A DNA stretch of 30,204 nucleotides from contig CALVLO010000001.1 of assembly GCA_944338265.1 (NCBI GenBank), positions 1-30,204 on the forward strand, given 5' to 3'. The notes beneath the pieces were generated by a model. That model was not told the origin of the DNA and did not search any database. It worked only from the letters and a program-made list of their open reading frames with translations. How positions within the stretch are numbered: the stretch's first letter is position 1; every line of letters begins with the position of its first letter. Position numbers and translations under genes: made by a program. This DNA is from an uncultured Clostridia bacterium (lineage in GTDB: Bacteria > Bacillota > Clostridia > Christensenellales > Borkfalkiaceae). Positions 7,600 to 16,723 of this stretch are shown here, piece by piece.

Positions 7600-8494
7600 A
7601 TTTTGCGAATTTTCCGTAGACTTCCGAGACCGGCGCGAAGGAGGCGAACGTCCCCGGATAGCGCTTCAGAATGCGCTGCAATTCTCCGATCTGCCGTTTG
7701 CGGATGATGCACACGAGCAGCGCCCGCGCCGCGTGCGAGTACATGCCCGTTGCGTTGAGTTCGGTCACGCCGTGGTGCAGCCGATCCATGATCTCTGCCG
7801 CGAGCTCCTCCGGCTGATCGGTGACGATCTCAAAGCGGTATGCCACCTGAAAGCCGTGCAGGATGACATCGCACATCTTGCTCGTCACAAAAAGAGAGAC
7901 GAGCGCGAGGAGGACGGGCTCGAGCTTTGCCGTAAAGCCCATGCCGCGGTGATAGACAAAGAAGGAAGCCACCACGACGCAGGCATCGAAGACCGCCGTC
8001 ATGCCGCTCACGCTGAGGTTGCGGAATTTTTTGTTGACGAGGGAGGCGAGTACCGTCGTCCCGCCGCTCGTGCCGCAGCTCCTGAGCATGATGGCAAGCG
8101 ATACGCCCAAGAGCACGCCGCCCGCGATCGCCGCGAGGATGTGATTATTGGCGGGGCGGTAAAAGACCATCCCCGGGATGTGCCCGAACGCGATCAAAAG
8201 CCCCGAGGTGAGCAGCATGGAGAGCGTGGAGATGACGGCGCCGTACTTCCCCAAGAGGAAGAATGCCACAAAAAAGAGCGGCACGTTGAGCATGATGAGG
8301 AAGATGCCCGCGCTCCAGCCCGTTCCCTCCTCCAAGAGGACGGCGATGCCGTTGATCCCGCCGGGCGCAAAGTCGTTCGGCGTGACGAAGAGATAGATCG
8401 CGACCGCCCGCAGCACCCCCGAAAGCAGCACGGGCAGCACCGCCACCCATGCCCAATGTGCCATCGTTTTCCATACCTGCGCCGTCTTTTGCAT
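7598..8494 (-). CDS. YitT-family membrane protein (DUF161/DUF2179-like)
   Basis: FAPGGINGIA, GTSGGTTVLA and HHGVT...GMYS motifs; multiple TM helices. Confidence 0.88.
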   Translation of the reverse strand: MQKTAQVWKTMAHWAWVAVLPVLLSGVLRAVAIYLFVTPNDFAPGGINGIAVLLEEGTGWSAGIFLIMLNVPLFFVAFFLLGKYGAVISTLSMLLTSGLLIAFGHIPGMVFYRPANNHILAAIAGGVLLGVSLAIMLRSCGTSGGTTVLASLVNKKFRNLSVSGMTAVFDACVVVASFFVYHRGMGFTAKLEPVLLALVSLFVTSKMCDVILHGFQVAYRFEIVTDQPEELAAEIMDRLHHGVTELNATGMYSHAARALLVCIIRKRQIGELQRILKRYPGTFASFAPVSEVYGKFAK

Positions 8495-8570
8495 GTGTGT
8501 TCCTCTCTTTCGTGTTAAAATATGCTTTTATCCTACCATATTTTTGCACGAAAGACAAGCGCCTGCACAC

Positions 8571-8596
8571 AAAAAAACCCGCCCAAGCGGGCGGGG
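8571..8596 (-). terminator. Intrinsic terminator of citrate synthase gene
   Basis: CCCGCCC/GGGCGGG stem followed by a T-run on the minus strand. Confidence 0.65.
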
Positions 8597-8602
8597 ATGC
8601 GA

Positions 8603-9994
8603 TCAGAGACTGAATGCCTCCAACTCGCGGATGCGGTGCGAATCGATGGCGTAGATGAGGTTGACGAGCTCGTCGTCGCCGAACGAGCTGTTGCGCCCCT
8701 CTTCGTACTCCGCATCGATGCGCTCCTTCATCTTCACGACGAGTGGATCGCTCTTTTCGATGCGGTGCTCTTCCGGCAGCTTATAATAATCGTTGATCCA
8801 GAAGGCGATACCTGCAAGCCCGCTCGTCTTGTTGACGGAGACGCGCGCGGGGCGGTTGAGGATCTTTGCAGTATCGAAGATATTGTAGATCTCCTCGTCC
8901 TTCAAGAGCCCGTCCGCATGGATGCCCGCGCGGGTGGAGTTGAAGGCGCGCCCCACAAAGGGCGTTTTGGGCGGAATGTTGTAGCTGATCTCCCGCTCGA
9001 AGTAATCGGCGATCTCTGTGATGGCGGTAAAGTCCATGCCGTCCATCGTGCCGCGCAGACCCGCATACTCCACCGCCATCGCCTCGAGCGGGCAGTTGCC
9101 CGTGCGCTCGCCGATGCCGAGCAGAGAGCAGTTGACCGCGGATGCGCCGTACAGCCAAGCCGTGGAGGCGTTGGAGACGACCTTGTAAAAATCGTTGTGC
9201 CCGTGCCATTCCAAGAGCCCGTGCGGCACGCCTGCATAGTGATGCAGCCCGTACACGATGCCCTGCACGCTGCGCGGCAGGGAGACGCCCGGGAAGGAGA
9301 CGCCGAAGCCCATCGTATCGCACATGCGGATCTTGATGGGGATGCCGCTCTCCGCCGAAAGGCGCATGAGTTCGGTGGCAAACGGCACCACGAAGCCGTA
9401 AAAATCGGCGCGGGTGATATCTTCGAAGTGGCAGCGCGGGCGGATGCCGATCGCGAGCGCGCTCTTGACGATGCCGAGGTACTGATCGAGCGCCTGACGG
9501 CGGGTAAGGTGCATCTTTTTGAAGATGTGATAGTCCGAACAGCTCACCAAAATGCCTGTTTCCGCCACGCCCGTCGACTTGACGAGCTCAAAGTCCTTGG
9601 GGTTGGCGCGGATCCATGTTGTGATCTCCGGGAATTTGAGCCCCGTATCCTGGCAGGCGCGGAGCGCATCCTGATCCTTTTTGGAATAGACGAAGAACTC
9701 CGACTGCCGCACCAAGCCCTTGGGCCCGCCGAGGCGCGCCATCAGCTTGTAGAGATCGACGATCTGCTTCACCGTAAAGGGCGAGGTGGACTGCTGCCCG
9801 TCGCGGAAGGTGGTATCCGTCATCCAGATCTCCTCCGGCATGTTGGTGGGCACATGGCGGTTGTTGAAGGCGATCTTGGGGATGGACTCGTAATCGAAGA
9901 GCTCGCGGTAAAGCTCCGGCTCTTTGACGTCCTGCAATTCGTAGTGATACTTGATATCTTCCAATAAATTGGACTTGTTGCTGTAATAGATCAT
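8603..9994 (-). CDS. Re-citrate synthase (isopropylmalate/homocitrate synthase family)
   Basis: DTTFRDGQQ, SCSDYHIFKK, RCHFEDITRADFYGFVVPF, EWHGHNDF and RAGIHADG match clostridial Re-citrate synthases. Promoter TTGACA (10062-10057), 18 bp, TATAAT (10038-10033). Confidence 0.8.
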   Translation of the reverse strand: MIYYSNKSNLLEDIKYHYELQDVKEPELYRELFDYESIPKIAFNNRHVPTNMPEEIWMTDTTFRDGQQSTSPFTVKQIVDLYKLMARLGGPKGLVRQSEFFVYSKKDQDALRACQDTGLKFPEITTWIRANPKDFELVKSTGVAETGILVSCSDYHIFKKMHLTRRQALDQYLGIVKSALAIGIRPRCHFEDITRADFYGFVVPFATELMRLSAESGIPIKIRMCDTMGFGVSFPGVSLPRSVQGIVYGLHHYAGVPHGLLEWHGHNDFYKVVSNASTAWLYGASAVNCSLLGIGERTGNCPLEAMAVEYAGLRGTMDGMDFTAITEIADYFEREISYNIPPKTPFVGRAFNSTRAGIHADGLLKDEEIYNIFDTAKILNRPARVSVNKTSGLAGIAFWINDYYKLPEEHRIEKSDPLVVKMKERIDAEYEEGRNSSFGDDELVNLIYAIDSHRIRELEAFSL

Positions 9995-10105
9995 GTTCCC
10001 TTCTCCGAAAAGCGCCTGACTTATTTCAAAGTATTATAACAAATTCTTCCGCGCCCTGTCAAGCGATCGGCGGCGCTCTGCGGCGTGCTTTTGAATATTA
10101 TTCAT

Positions 10106-10141
10106 AAAAACAGGTCTGCATGCAAGTTTTTTGCGCAGACC
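10106..10141 (-). terminator. Terminator of the opp operon
   Basis: GGTCTGC...GCAGACC stem followed by TGTTTTT on the minus strand. Confidence 0.5.
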
Positions 10142-10149
10142 CGTGATAT

Positions 10150-10560
10150 TTATGCAGTTGGAATTTGATAATATACGATGAGCAGGATGATCGCGACAGC
10201 AAAGTAAACCAGCCCCGTTACGAGCAGGAAGGCATAACTTTGCTCCCCGCTCCGCCCCAGCTTGCGCGCGCGGTACTCTGCATACGTCTCTCTGCTCTTC
10301 GGGAGAAAGGGCAGCAGCGTATGCACGAACCGCCCCACCGCATACCCGATGCCGAGAAACGCGCCCTTGCTGCTCACCCATACGAGCGCGCAGAGCAGCA
10401 AGAAGAGCGCGCCGGCAAGCGTGAAGGCATCGCACAGGAGCCTGCATTGCGTCTTCCACACCGTCTCCCCAAAATACCCCCTTCCCCACAGCATGAGGAC
10501 GACGATGACCGCCGCAACTGCCATGGCGATGAGGTATTTGAGCAATTTCTTAAAAATCAT
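10150..10560 (-). CDS. DUF3899-like small membrane protein, last gene of the opp operon
   Basis: Three hydrophobic segments and LCDAFT...GAFLGIGY pattern; 6 bp downstream of oppF. Confidence 0.7.
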   Translation of the reverse strand: MIFKKLLKYLIAMAVAAVIVVLMLWGRGYFGETVWKTQCRLLCDAFTLAGALFLLLCALVWVSSKGAFLGIGYAVGRFVHTLLPFLPKSRETYAEYRARKLGRSGEQSYAFLLVTGLVYFAVAIILLIVYYQIPTA

Positions 10561-10566
10561 ACCCTC

Positions 10567-11829
10567 TCAAAGCCCGAGCTCGCTGCGGTACTTTTGCTCC
10601 TCCGCATCGTTGCAATACACAAAGTGCCCCGGGCAGACCTCCCTCAGCGAGGGCTTATCCGTAGAATAATCGTGCTCTGCAATGGGGTTGTAGGTGATGC
10701 GCGTGCGCTGCTTTTCGTAGTGCGGATCGGGCAGCGGGATGGCGGAAAGGAGGGAGCGGGTATACGGATGCAGCGGGTGGGCGAAGATCTCGTCCGACGA
10801 TGCGAGCTCGACCATCTTGCCGAAATACATGACGCCGATCCGATCGGAGAAATACTTGACGACGGAGAGATCGTGCGCGATAAAGAGGATGGTGAGCCCG
10901 AGCTTCTCGCGCAGGTCGTTCAAAAGGTTGATGACCTGCGCCTGAATGGAGACATCGAGCGCGGAGATGGGCTCATCGGCAATGATCATATCGGGGCGCA
11001 TGATGACGGAGCGCGCAATGCCGATGCGCTGCCGCTGCCCGCCCGAGAACTCGTGCGGGTATCTGCCCGCGTGCTCGCGCACGAGCCCGACGAGCTCGAG
11101 CATCTCGTACACCTTTTCGTCGATATACGCCTTATCGCGGATGCCGTTGATCACGAGCCCTTCCGAGACGATCTCCCGCACCGTCATGCGCGGATTGAGG
11201 GAAGCGATCGGATCTTGAAAGATCATCTGAATGCGCGTAATGAGCTTGGTCTTGCGGGCGACCGCGCACTTTTTGCGGTATTCCCCGCGCAGCTTTTTGA
11301 GGGCTTCTTCATCCCCCTCTGCCGCGGCGAATTTGGGCGCATACTCGCCCTTGAGCTCTTCGAGCAAGGTGGCGGCATATGCCCTATCGCAGTTCTTGTG
11401 ATCGTAATTTGCCGAGGCGATCTTGCGCTTGTTTTCATCGATGACCGCTTGCAGCGCCTTGCGCTTTTCGGCGATCTGCGCCACAACTTCCTCTGCCTTG
11501 GCGGGATCTTCCTTTGCCGAAGCGCGCAGCGCCTTGGCTTCGCTGCGGAACGCCTTCTTTGCCGCGGCTATGGCATCGCGGTAGGAGCGCGTGCCCGCGC
11601 AGATGCGCTGACCCTTGAAGTAGATATCGCCCGAGGTGATATCGTAGAGTTTGATGATGGAGCGCCCCGTCGTCGTCTTGCCGCAGCCCGACTCGCCGAC
11701 GAGCCCGAAGACTTCGCCCTTCTTCACCTCAAAGCTGACATCATCGACCGCTTTGAGCTCCTTGCGCCCCATCTTGAAGTATTGGCAGAGATGCTCGACG
11801 CGGAGCAAAACTTCGTTGTTATTTTCCAT
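10567..11829 (-). CDS. oppF: Oligopeptide ABC ATPase OppF with ~100-aa helical insertion
   Basis: GESGCGKTT, FSGGQRQR, IIADEP and C-terminal HPYT oligopeptide-ATPase extension. GTG at 11838 is an alternative start. Confidence 0.9.
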   Translation of the reverse strand: MENNNEVLLRVEHLCQYFKMGRKELKAVDDVSFEVKKGEVFGLVGESGCGKTTTGRSIIKLYDITSGDIYFKGQRICAGTRSYRDAIAAAKKAFRSEAKALRASAKEDPAKAEEVVAQIAEKRKALQAVIDENKRKIASANYDHKNCDRAYAATLLEELKGEYAPKFAAAEGDEEALKKLRGEYRKKCAVARKTKLITRIQMIFQDPIASLNPRMTVREIVSEGLVINGIRDKAYIDEKVYEMLELVGLVREHAGRYPHEFSGGQRQRIGIARSVIMRPDMIIADEPISALDVSIQAQVINLLNDLREKLGLTILFIAHDLSVVKYFSDRIGVMYFGKMVELASSDEIFAHPLHPYTRSLLSAIPLPDPHYEKQRTRITYNPIAEHDYSTDKPSLREVCPGHFVYCNDAEEQKYRSELGL

Positions 11830-14041
11830 CTTTGCCACCTACCAATTTTTTCATGCGGGCGATGCGGTCCGTGATCGCCTTGGGCACGGGGACCTTGGGC
11901 GCATCGGGATGCAGCAGCCAGGTTGCCGCATAGTGCGTATCGCTCACGCGGAACATGGGCGGCTGTTCCTCGAAATCGATCTTGAGTGCGTATTTGTTGC
12001 GCTCGGCAAAGGCATCGCCCTTGGGCGGATAGATCATGTTGGGCGGCGTGCCGGGGATGGCATCCAGCTTCTCATCGGTATCGAGATCGGGCATGGAAGA
12101 GAGCAGCGCCCAAGTATACGGATGGCGGGGATCGTAGAAGACATCGTCCGCCGTGCCGTATTCGACGATCTTGCCCGCGTACATGACGGCGATCTTATCT
12201 GCCATGTTCGCAACGACGCCCAGATCGTGCGTGATGAAGATGACGGAGAGATTGCGCTCCGCCTTGAGCTTGTTGATGAGCTCGAGGATCTGCGCCTGAA
12301 TAGTCACGTCGAGCGCAGTCGTGGGCTCGTCGCAGATGAGGATATCGGGGTTTGCCGCGAGCGCGATGGCAATGACGATACGCTGCCGCATCCCGCCCGA
12401 AAACTCGAAGGGATACTGATAGAAGCGGATGCGCGGTTCGGGAATGCCCACTTCGTCCATGAGCTTGATCGCCTTCTCGCGCGCCATCCGCTTGGTGACG
12501 CGGTAGACGACCTGCGACGCCTTATCCTTGAAAAAGTCGATGAGCGCGTAGCACTTTTCATTGAGATCGACCTGCTCTGCGGCGGCGATCTCCGCCTCGT
12601 ACTTTTTGGCGAGGCGCTCGTAAACGGAGAGAATATTTTCGATCTCGCCATCGAGATCCATCACGACCTTGGGCACGACCTTCCAATCCACCGTCTTGCC
12701 CTTGGCAATGAGCGCATCGCGGCGGCGCGTCTGCCGTGCGAAGCGCGCCTCCTCCTTGGGGTTGTTCTTTTTGTAGAAAAAGTACCGTGCGATGGCGCTT
12801 CTGAAGCTCGTGCGGAAGGTGTAGGCGACGCTGTCTTTGATGGGTTCCAAGCGGTCGATGGAGCGGTCGACGCAGGCGACGAGCTCGCGGTAGAGCGCCT
12901 TCGCCTCCTTGCGCGTAAATTCGCCGCGGAAGAAGGTGCGCACCTTCTCCGCCGCCGCCACGACTTCCCGCTTGCCTTCGAGCGCAGCCGCAAAGGAGTG
13001 CCCGAGCCCCGCCGTGGCGAGCCCGAAGAACTCGCGCATGAAGTGCTCTTCGAGATAGGCGAGCGCAAACTCGTTGAGTTCCTCCACCGTCCTGCCCGCG
13101 AGCGAAATATCCTGCCCGGAGAGCTTGCAATAGCCGATGCGGAAGAAGTTGGGGCGGGCGCGGGAGACGATCTCGCCGAGCAGCCCTTTCAGCCGCTCGA
13201 GCGTGCCGACGACCTCGGCGGAGACCTCCGAAGTGCTCTCTTTGCCGATGAGCTTGCGCAAATAGGCGCGGGCAAATTCAAACTTATCGCCGATGGCGTT
13301 CACCTGCTCGCGCAAGAGCGCCGCCATCTCTGCGGTGCGGTCTTCAAACCCGCTCGTAAGGAAGGGATCGCTGACGAGCGCGAGCTTTTTGCCGAAGGCA
13401 ACGAGCCTGCCGCGCACATCGAGCTTTTGGCGGTGCTCCACGCGGAAGAGGAAATCTTCGATATCGGCGATGAGCTCCTCCGCTTGGGTATACGCCTCGT
13501 TATAGGCGCTCTCGAGGCGGAGCGCCTCGATGTTAAAGCTATCGAACAGCTTGACGAGCCGCTTGATCTCGGCGACTTTTTCTTCGTTCTCCCTGCCTGC
13601 GGCTTCCACCATGTGCGCTTCGAGCGCGGCGAGCATGGCGTTAAATTCCCTTCTGCCCGCGCGGCGGTTTGCCTTGTTTTTGAGGAGCATTGCCTCGGTG
13701 ATCTGCTTGCCGATCTTGACGATGGGATCGAGGCTGGAGAGCGGATCCTGGAAGATCATCGAGATCTTATCCCCGCGGATCTTGTGCATATCGTCTTCGC
13801 CGATGCGGAGAAGATCTTTGCCGTCGTAGAGGATCTCGCCGCCCTCGATGATGGCGTTGCCCGCAAGGATGCCGAGGATCGCCTTGGAGGTGACCGACTT
13901 GCCCGAGCCGGACTCGCCGACGATGGCGAGCGTCTCGCCGCGCTGCAAGTTAAAGGAGATATCGCGCACTGCTTTGACGGTGCCGCTCACCGTGCGGAAG
14001 GAGATCTTGAGATTTTTGACTTGTAAAATATTATCTGCCAT
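11819..14041 (-). CDS. oppD: Oligopeptide ABC ATPase OppD with ~400-aa insertion
   Basis: GESGSGKS, MIFQDP, FSGGMRQR, ICDEPTTALD and HPYT; 740 aa. Confidence 0.9.
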   Translation of the reverse strand: MADNILQVKNLKISFRTVSGTVKAVRDISFNLQRGETLAIVGESGSGKSVTSKAILGILAGNAIIEGGEILYDGKDLLRIGEDDMHKIRGDKISMIFQDPLSSLDPIVKIGKQITEAMLLKNKANRRAGRREFNAMLAALEAHMVEAAGRENEEKVAEIKRLVKLFDSFNIEALRLESAYNEAYTQAEELIADIEDFLFRVEHRQKLDVRGRLVAFGKKLALVSDPFLTSGFEDRTAEMAALLREQVNAIGDKFEFARAYLRKLIGKESTSEVSAEVVGTLERLKGLLGEIVSRARPNFFRIGYCKLSGQDISLAGRTVEELNEFALAYLEEHFMREFFGLATAGLGHSFAAALEGKREVVAAAEKVRTFFRGEFTRKEAKALYRELVACVDRSIDRLEPIKDSVAYTFRTSFRSAIARYFFYKKNNPKEEARFARQTRRRDALIAKGKTVDWKVVPKVVMDLDGEIENILSVYERLAKKYEAEIAAAEQVDLNEKCYALIDFFKDKASQVVYRVTKRMAREKAIKLMDEVGIPEPRIRFYQYPFEFSGGMRQRIVIAIALAANPDILICDEPTTALDVTIQAQILELINKLKAERNLSVIFITHDLGVVANMADKIAVMYAGKIVEYGTADDVFYDPRHPYTWALLSSMPDLDTDEKLDAIPGTPPNMIYPPKGDAFAERNKYALKIDFEEQPPMFRVSDTHYAATWLLHPDAPKVPVPKAITDRIARMKKLVGGKDGK

Positions 14042-14044
14042 GGC

Positions 14045-15634
14045 TCACTCCTCCACGCCGCGCAGCGACGGGTTGAACGCATCGCGCAAGCCGTTGCCGA
14101 AGAGATTGAAGCAGATCATCAAAAGCGAGATGACGACTGCGGGGAAGATCATCAGATGCGGGTATCGCGTCCAGATGCTTGCCGCATCCGAGAGCAACGT
14201 ACCGAGCGAAGTCATGGTAGATCCGCCCAGATTGACGATGCCGAGGAAGCTGAGCATGCTCTCCGAGAAGATGACGCTCGGGATGACAAGCACGGAAGAC
14301 GTGATGATGGTGCCGAGCGAATTGGGGAAGATATGCTTCCAGATGATGCGCCGATCCCGCGCGCCCAGCGTGCGGGCGGCGAGCACATATTCCGAATTTT
14401 TGAAGCGGTAGAACTGCGTTCGCGTGCGGGCGGCGGTGCTGATCCACCCCGTCATGACAAAGGCGAACAGCAAACTCGGGATGGGCCCCACCTGCGCCGC
14501 CAAATGGATCTGGAAGAGCGTTGCAACGACAATGAAGGGCACGCCTGCCAAAATATCGGCAATGCGCTCCATCACGAGGTCGACCGCGCCGCCGTAGTAG
14601 CCCTCGATGGCGCCGTAGATCGCACCGAGCACAAGATTGAGCACGGAGACGCACACGGCAACGAGCAGCGAGAGCTGAATGCCGCGCGCCATGCGCAGCG
14701 CGAGATCGTACCCTTGGGTATCCGTTCCGAACAGGTACTGCGGCTCGAAGCCGTGCTGATAGACATAGTAGTTATAATAGAGCACGCGCACACGGTACTG
14801 CGCCGTCTCGGTCGTTCCGCCGCCCGTGTATTGGAAATAGACGGGCGCGCCGTTTTCATCGCGCAGGTAGTTATCTTCGAGGCGGGAACGCCCGTCTTGC
14901 AAACGATCGAGCGAAAGGGCGATCACTTCGGGCTCCTCCCCCTCCGTTTCGCTCTCGACAACGCGCACGGGCTCACGGCTCGCGTTCATCTTATACCAAT
15001 AATTTGCCGCCATGTTAGGATCGGACGGCGCAACATAATACGCGCTTTTCGTATCGATGAGCGGATAAAGGACGCTGAGCCCCGTCTCATCCTCCCACGC
15101 CCGAATATTTGCATACTCCGTTTGCGTGATATCGCGGAATAAAAAGCCGACATCGAGATAGGTATCGATCTTCGCCGAATATGTTGCAGTGGAACCCCTC
15201 TTCTGAACGTTCCCGACGTGCAGAACGGGCTGATATTTACTCTCAAGACCCTCGTTCCAAGTCGCGCCCGCGCCATCGGCATCCTCTGCCGCAATACCGA
15301 CCGCGTAATGATAGACCATGTAGCGCTCGTTGTAGTCGTTTGTCGCGCCGCCATCGGCAATGCCGATGGAACTGAGCGCCAAGTTGCGCGGTCCCATGCG
15401 GGCATAGTAGGTATCCATAAACTCGGGAATGCCGCACAGCGGCGTGATGAGCGCATAGAGAATAATGACAATGATGATGACCGCCGCCACGACAGACGCC
15501 TTGTTCTTGCAAAAGCGCAGCCATGCGTCCTTAAAGTAGCCGATAGGCTTAGTATCGAACTTTTTATCGTGCGAAATATCGCTGCGGTCGGCAAATTCGA
15601 ATTTTTCCTTCGGGATATTCTTCAACTCTTCCAT
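14045..15634 (-). CDS. oppC: Oligopeptide ABC permease OppC with large extracytoplasmic insert
   Basis: YFKDAWLRFCKNK N-terminus, FGTDTQGYD, EAA-like EYVLAARTLGA; 529 aa. Confidence 0.9.
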   Translation of the reverse strand: MEELKNIPKEKFEFADRSDISHDKKFDTKPIGYFKDAWLRFCKNKASVVAAVIIIVIILYALITPLCGIPEFMDTYYARMGPRNLALSSIGIADGGATNDYNERYMVYHYAVGIAAEDADGAGATWNEGLESKYQPVLHVGNVQKRGSTATYSAKIDTYLDVGFLFRDITQTEYANIRAWEDETGLSVLYPLIDTKSAYYVAPSDPNMAANYWYKMNASREPVRVVESETEGEEPEVIALSLDRLQDGRSRLEDNYLRDENGAPVYFQYTGGGTTETAQYRVRVLYYNYYVYQHGFEPQYLFGTDTQGYDLALRMARGIQLSLLVAVCVSVLNLVLGAIYGAIEGYYGGAVDLVMERIADILAGVPFIVVATLFQIHLAAQVGPIPSLLFAFVMTGWISTAARTRTQFYRFKNSEYVLAARTLGARDRRIIWKHIFPNSLGTIITSSVLVIPSVIFSESMLSFLGIVNLGGSTMTSLGTLLSDAASIWTRYPHLMIFPAVVISLLMICFNLFGNGLRDAFNPSLRGVEE

Positions 15635-15635
15635 C

Positions 15636-16595
15636 TTACTTCTCCCCCATTCTGATTCTCGGGTCGATGAAGCCGTAGCTGATATCGACCACGATGCCCG
15701 CCAACAGCCCGACGAGCGTGTAGAAGATGGTATCCATCATAAATACGTCGTAATCGCGCATGTTGATGGATTGGATATAGAGCTGCCCGACGCCGGGGAC
15801 GGAGAAGATCTGCTCGATGACCATAGAGCCGCCCAAAATGGAGATGAAGGTGGAGATGATCATCGGAAGAATGGGCACCATTGCATTTTTGAGCGCGTGG
15901 CGGCTGATCGCCTGGCTCTTCTTTAATCCCTTCGTCCGCGCGAGCAGCATATAGTCAGAGGTGAGCGTCTCTGTAAGCTCGGCGCGCGTAAAGCGGGTGA
16001 GCCCTGCGATCTGCCCGAAGGAGAGCGCAATGACCGCGGGCATCATGCTCCAAAACATGGTGGGAGAGAGCCAGCTGCCGCCTGCATCGGTGAGCGAACT
16101 CACCGTGAGCGGGAACCAGCCGAGCAGATAGCAGAACAGGTATTGCACCAAGAACGCATATACATACACGGGGATGGAGACAAACAGCATAACGAGCGTG
16201 CTGATGGTATGATCCTGCCACTTGTTCTTTTTGATCGCCGCAACGACGCCGAGCCCGATCCCGATGGGAACGGAAATGATGAAGGAATACAAGTTGACGA
16301 GCACGGTGGGCAAAAGGCGGCCTACGATGACATCCCATGCAGACTCCATCTGCTGCACATACCAAGAGGTGCCGAAGTCCCAATCCGTAAAAATTCCCTT
16401 CAGATAGATGCCGTACTGCACCAAGAGCGGTTCGTTGTAGCCGAGCGCCTCCCACCGCGCCTCCATAATGGCGGCAAGTTTCTTATCGGTGGGCAGTGTT
16501 CTCGGAAGGATCCTGACCAGCATGAAACAGATCGTCATGATGACGAAGAATGTAAACAGCATGAGCAGGATGCGCTTGATCACATATTTTGTCAC
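15636..16595 (-). CDS. oppB: Oligopeptide ABC permease OppB
   Basis: YVIKRILLM, WDFGTS and DYMLLARTKGL motifs. Confidence 0.92.
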   Translation of the reverse strand: MTKYVIKRILLMLFTFFVIMTICFMLVRILPRTLPTDKKLAAIMEARWEALGYNEPLLVQYGIYLKGIFTDWDFGTSWYVQQMESAWDVIVGRLLPTVLVNLYSFIISVPIGIGLGVVAAIKKNKWQDHTISTLVMLFVSIPVYVYAFLVQYLFCYLLGWFPLTVSSLTDAGGSWLSPTMFWSMMPAVIALSFGQIAGLTRFTRAELTETLTSDYMLLARTKGLKKSQAISRHALKNAMVPILPMIISTFISILGGSMVIEQIFSVPGVGQLYIQSINMRDYDVFMMDTIFYTLVGLLAGIVVDISYGFIDPRIRMGEK

Positions 16596-16660
16596 GATTT
16601 TATCCTCCGTGGCAGAGTTCTGCTGTGGTTTTTATCTAAAACAAAAATTTTCTTAACAGC

Positions 16661-16693
16661 AAGGAATGGGAGAACATAATTCTCCCATTGCCC
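16661..16693 (-). terminator. oppA-oppB intergenic hairpin (partial terminator or mRNA stabiliser)
   Basis: AATGGGAGAA (16665-16674) / TTCTCCCATT (16680-16689). Confidence 0.55.
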
Positions 16694-16723
16694 TGCCGCC
16701 AATGTTTGGATTTTTTACGAATA

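Noticed and set aside
8522-14026. Long + strand ORFs 8522-9967, 10165-11874 and 11651-14026
   Set aside because: In-register antisense shadows of citrate synthase, oppF and oppD; no motifs or RBS.
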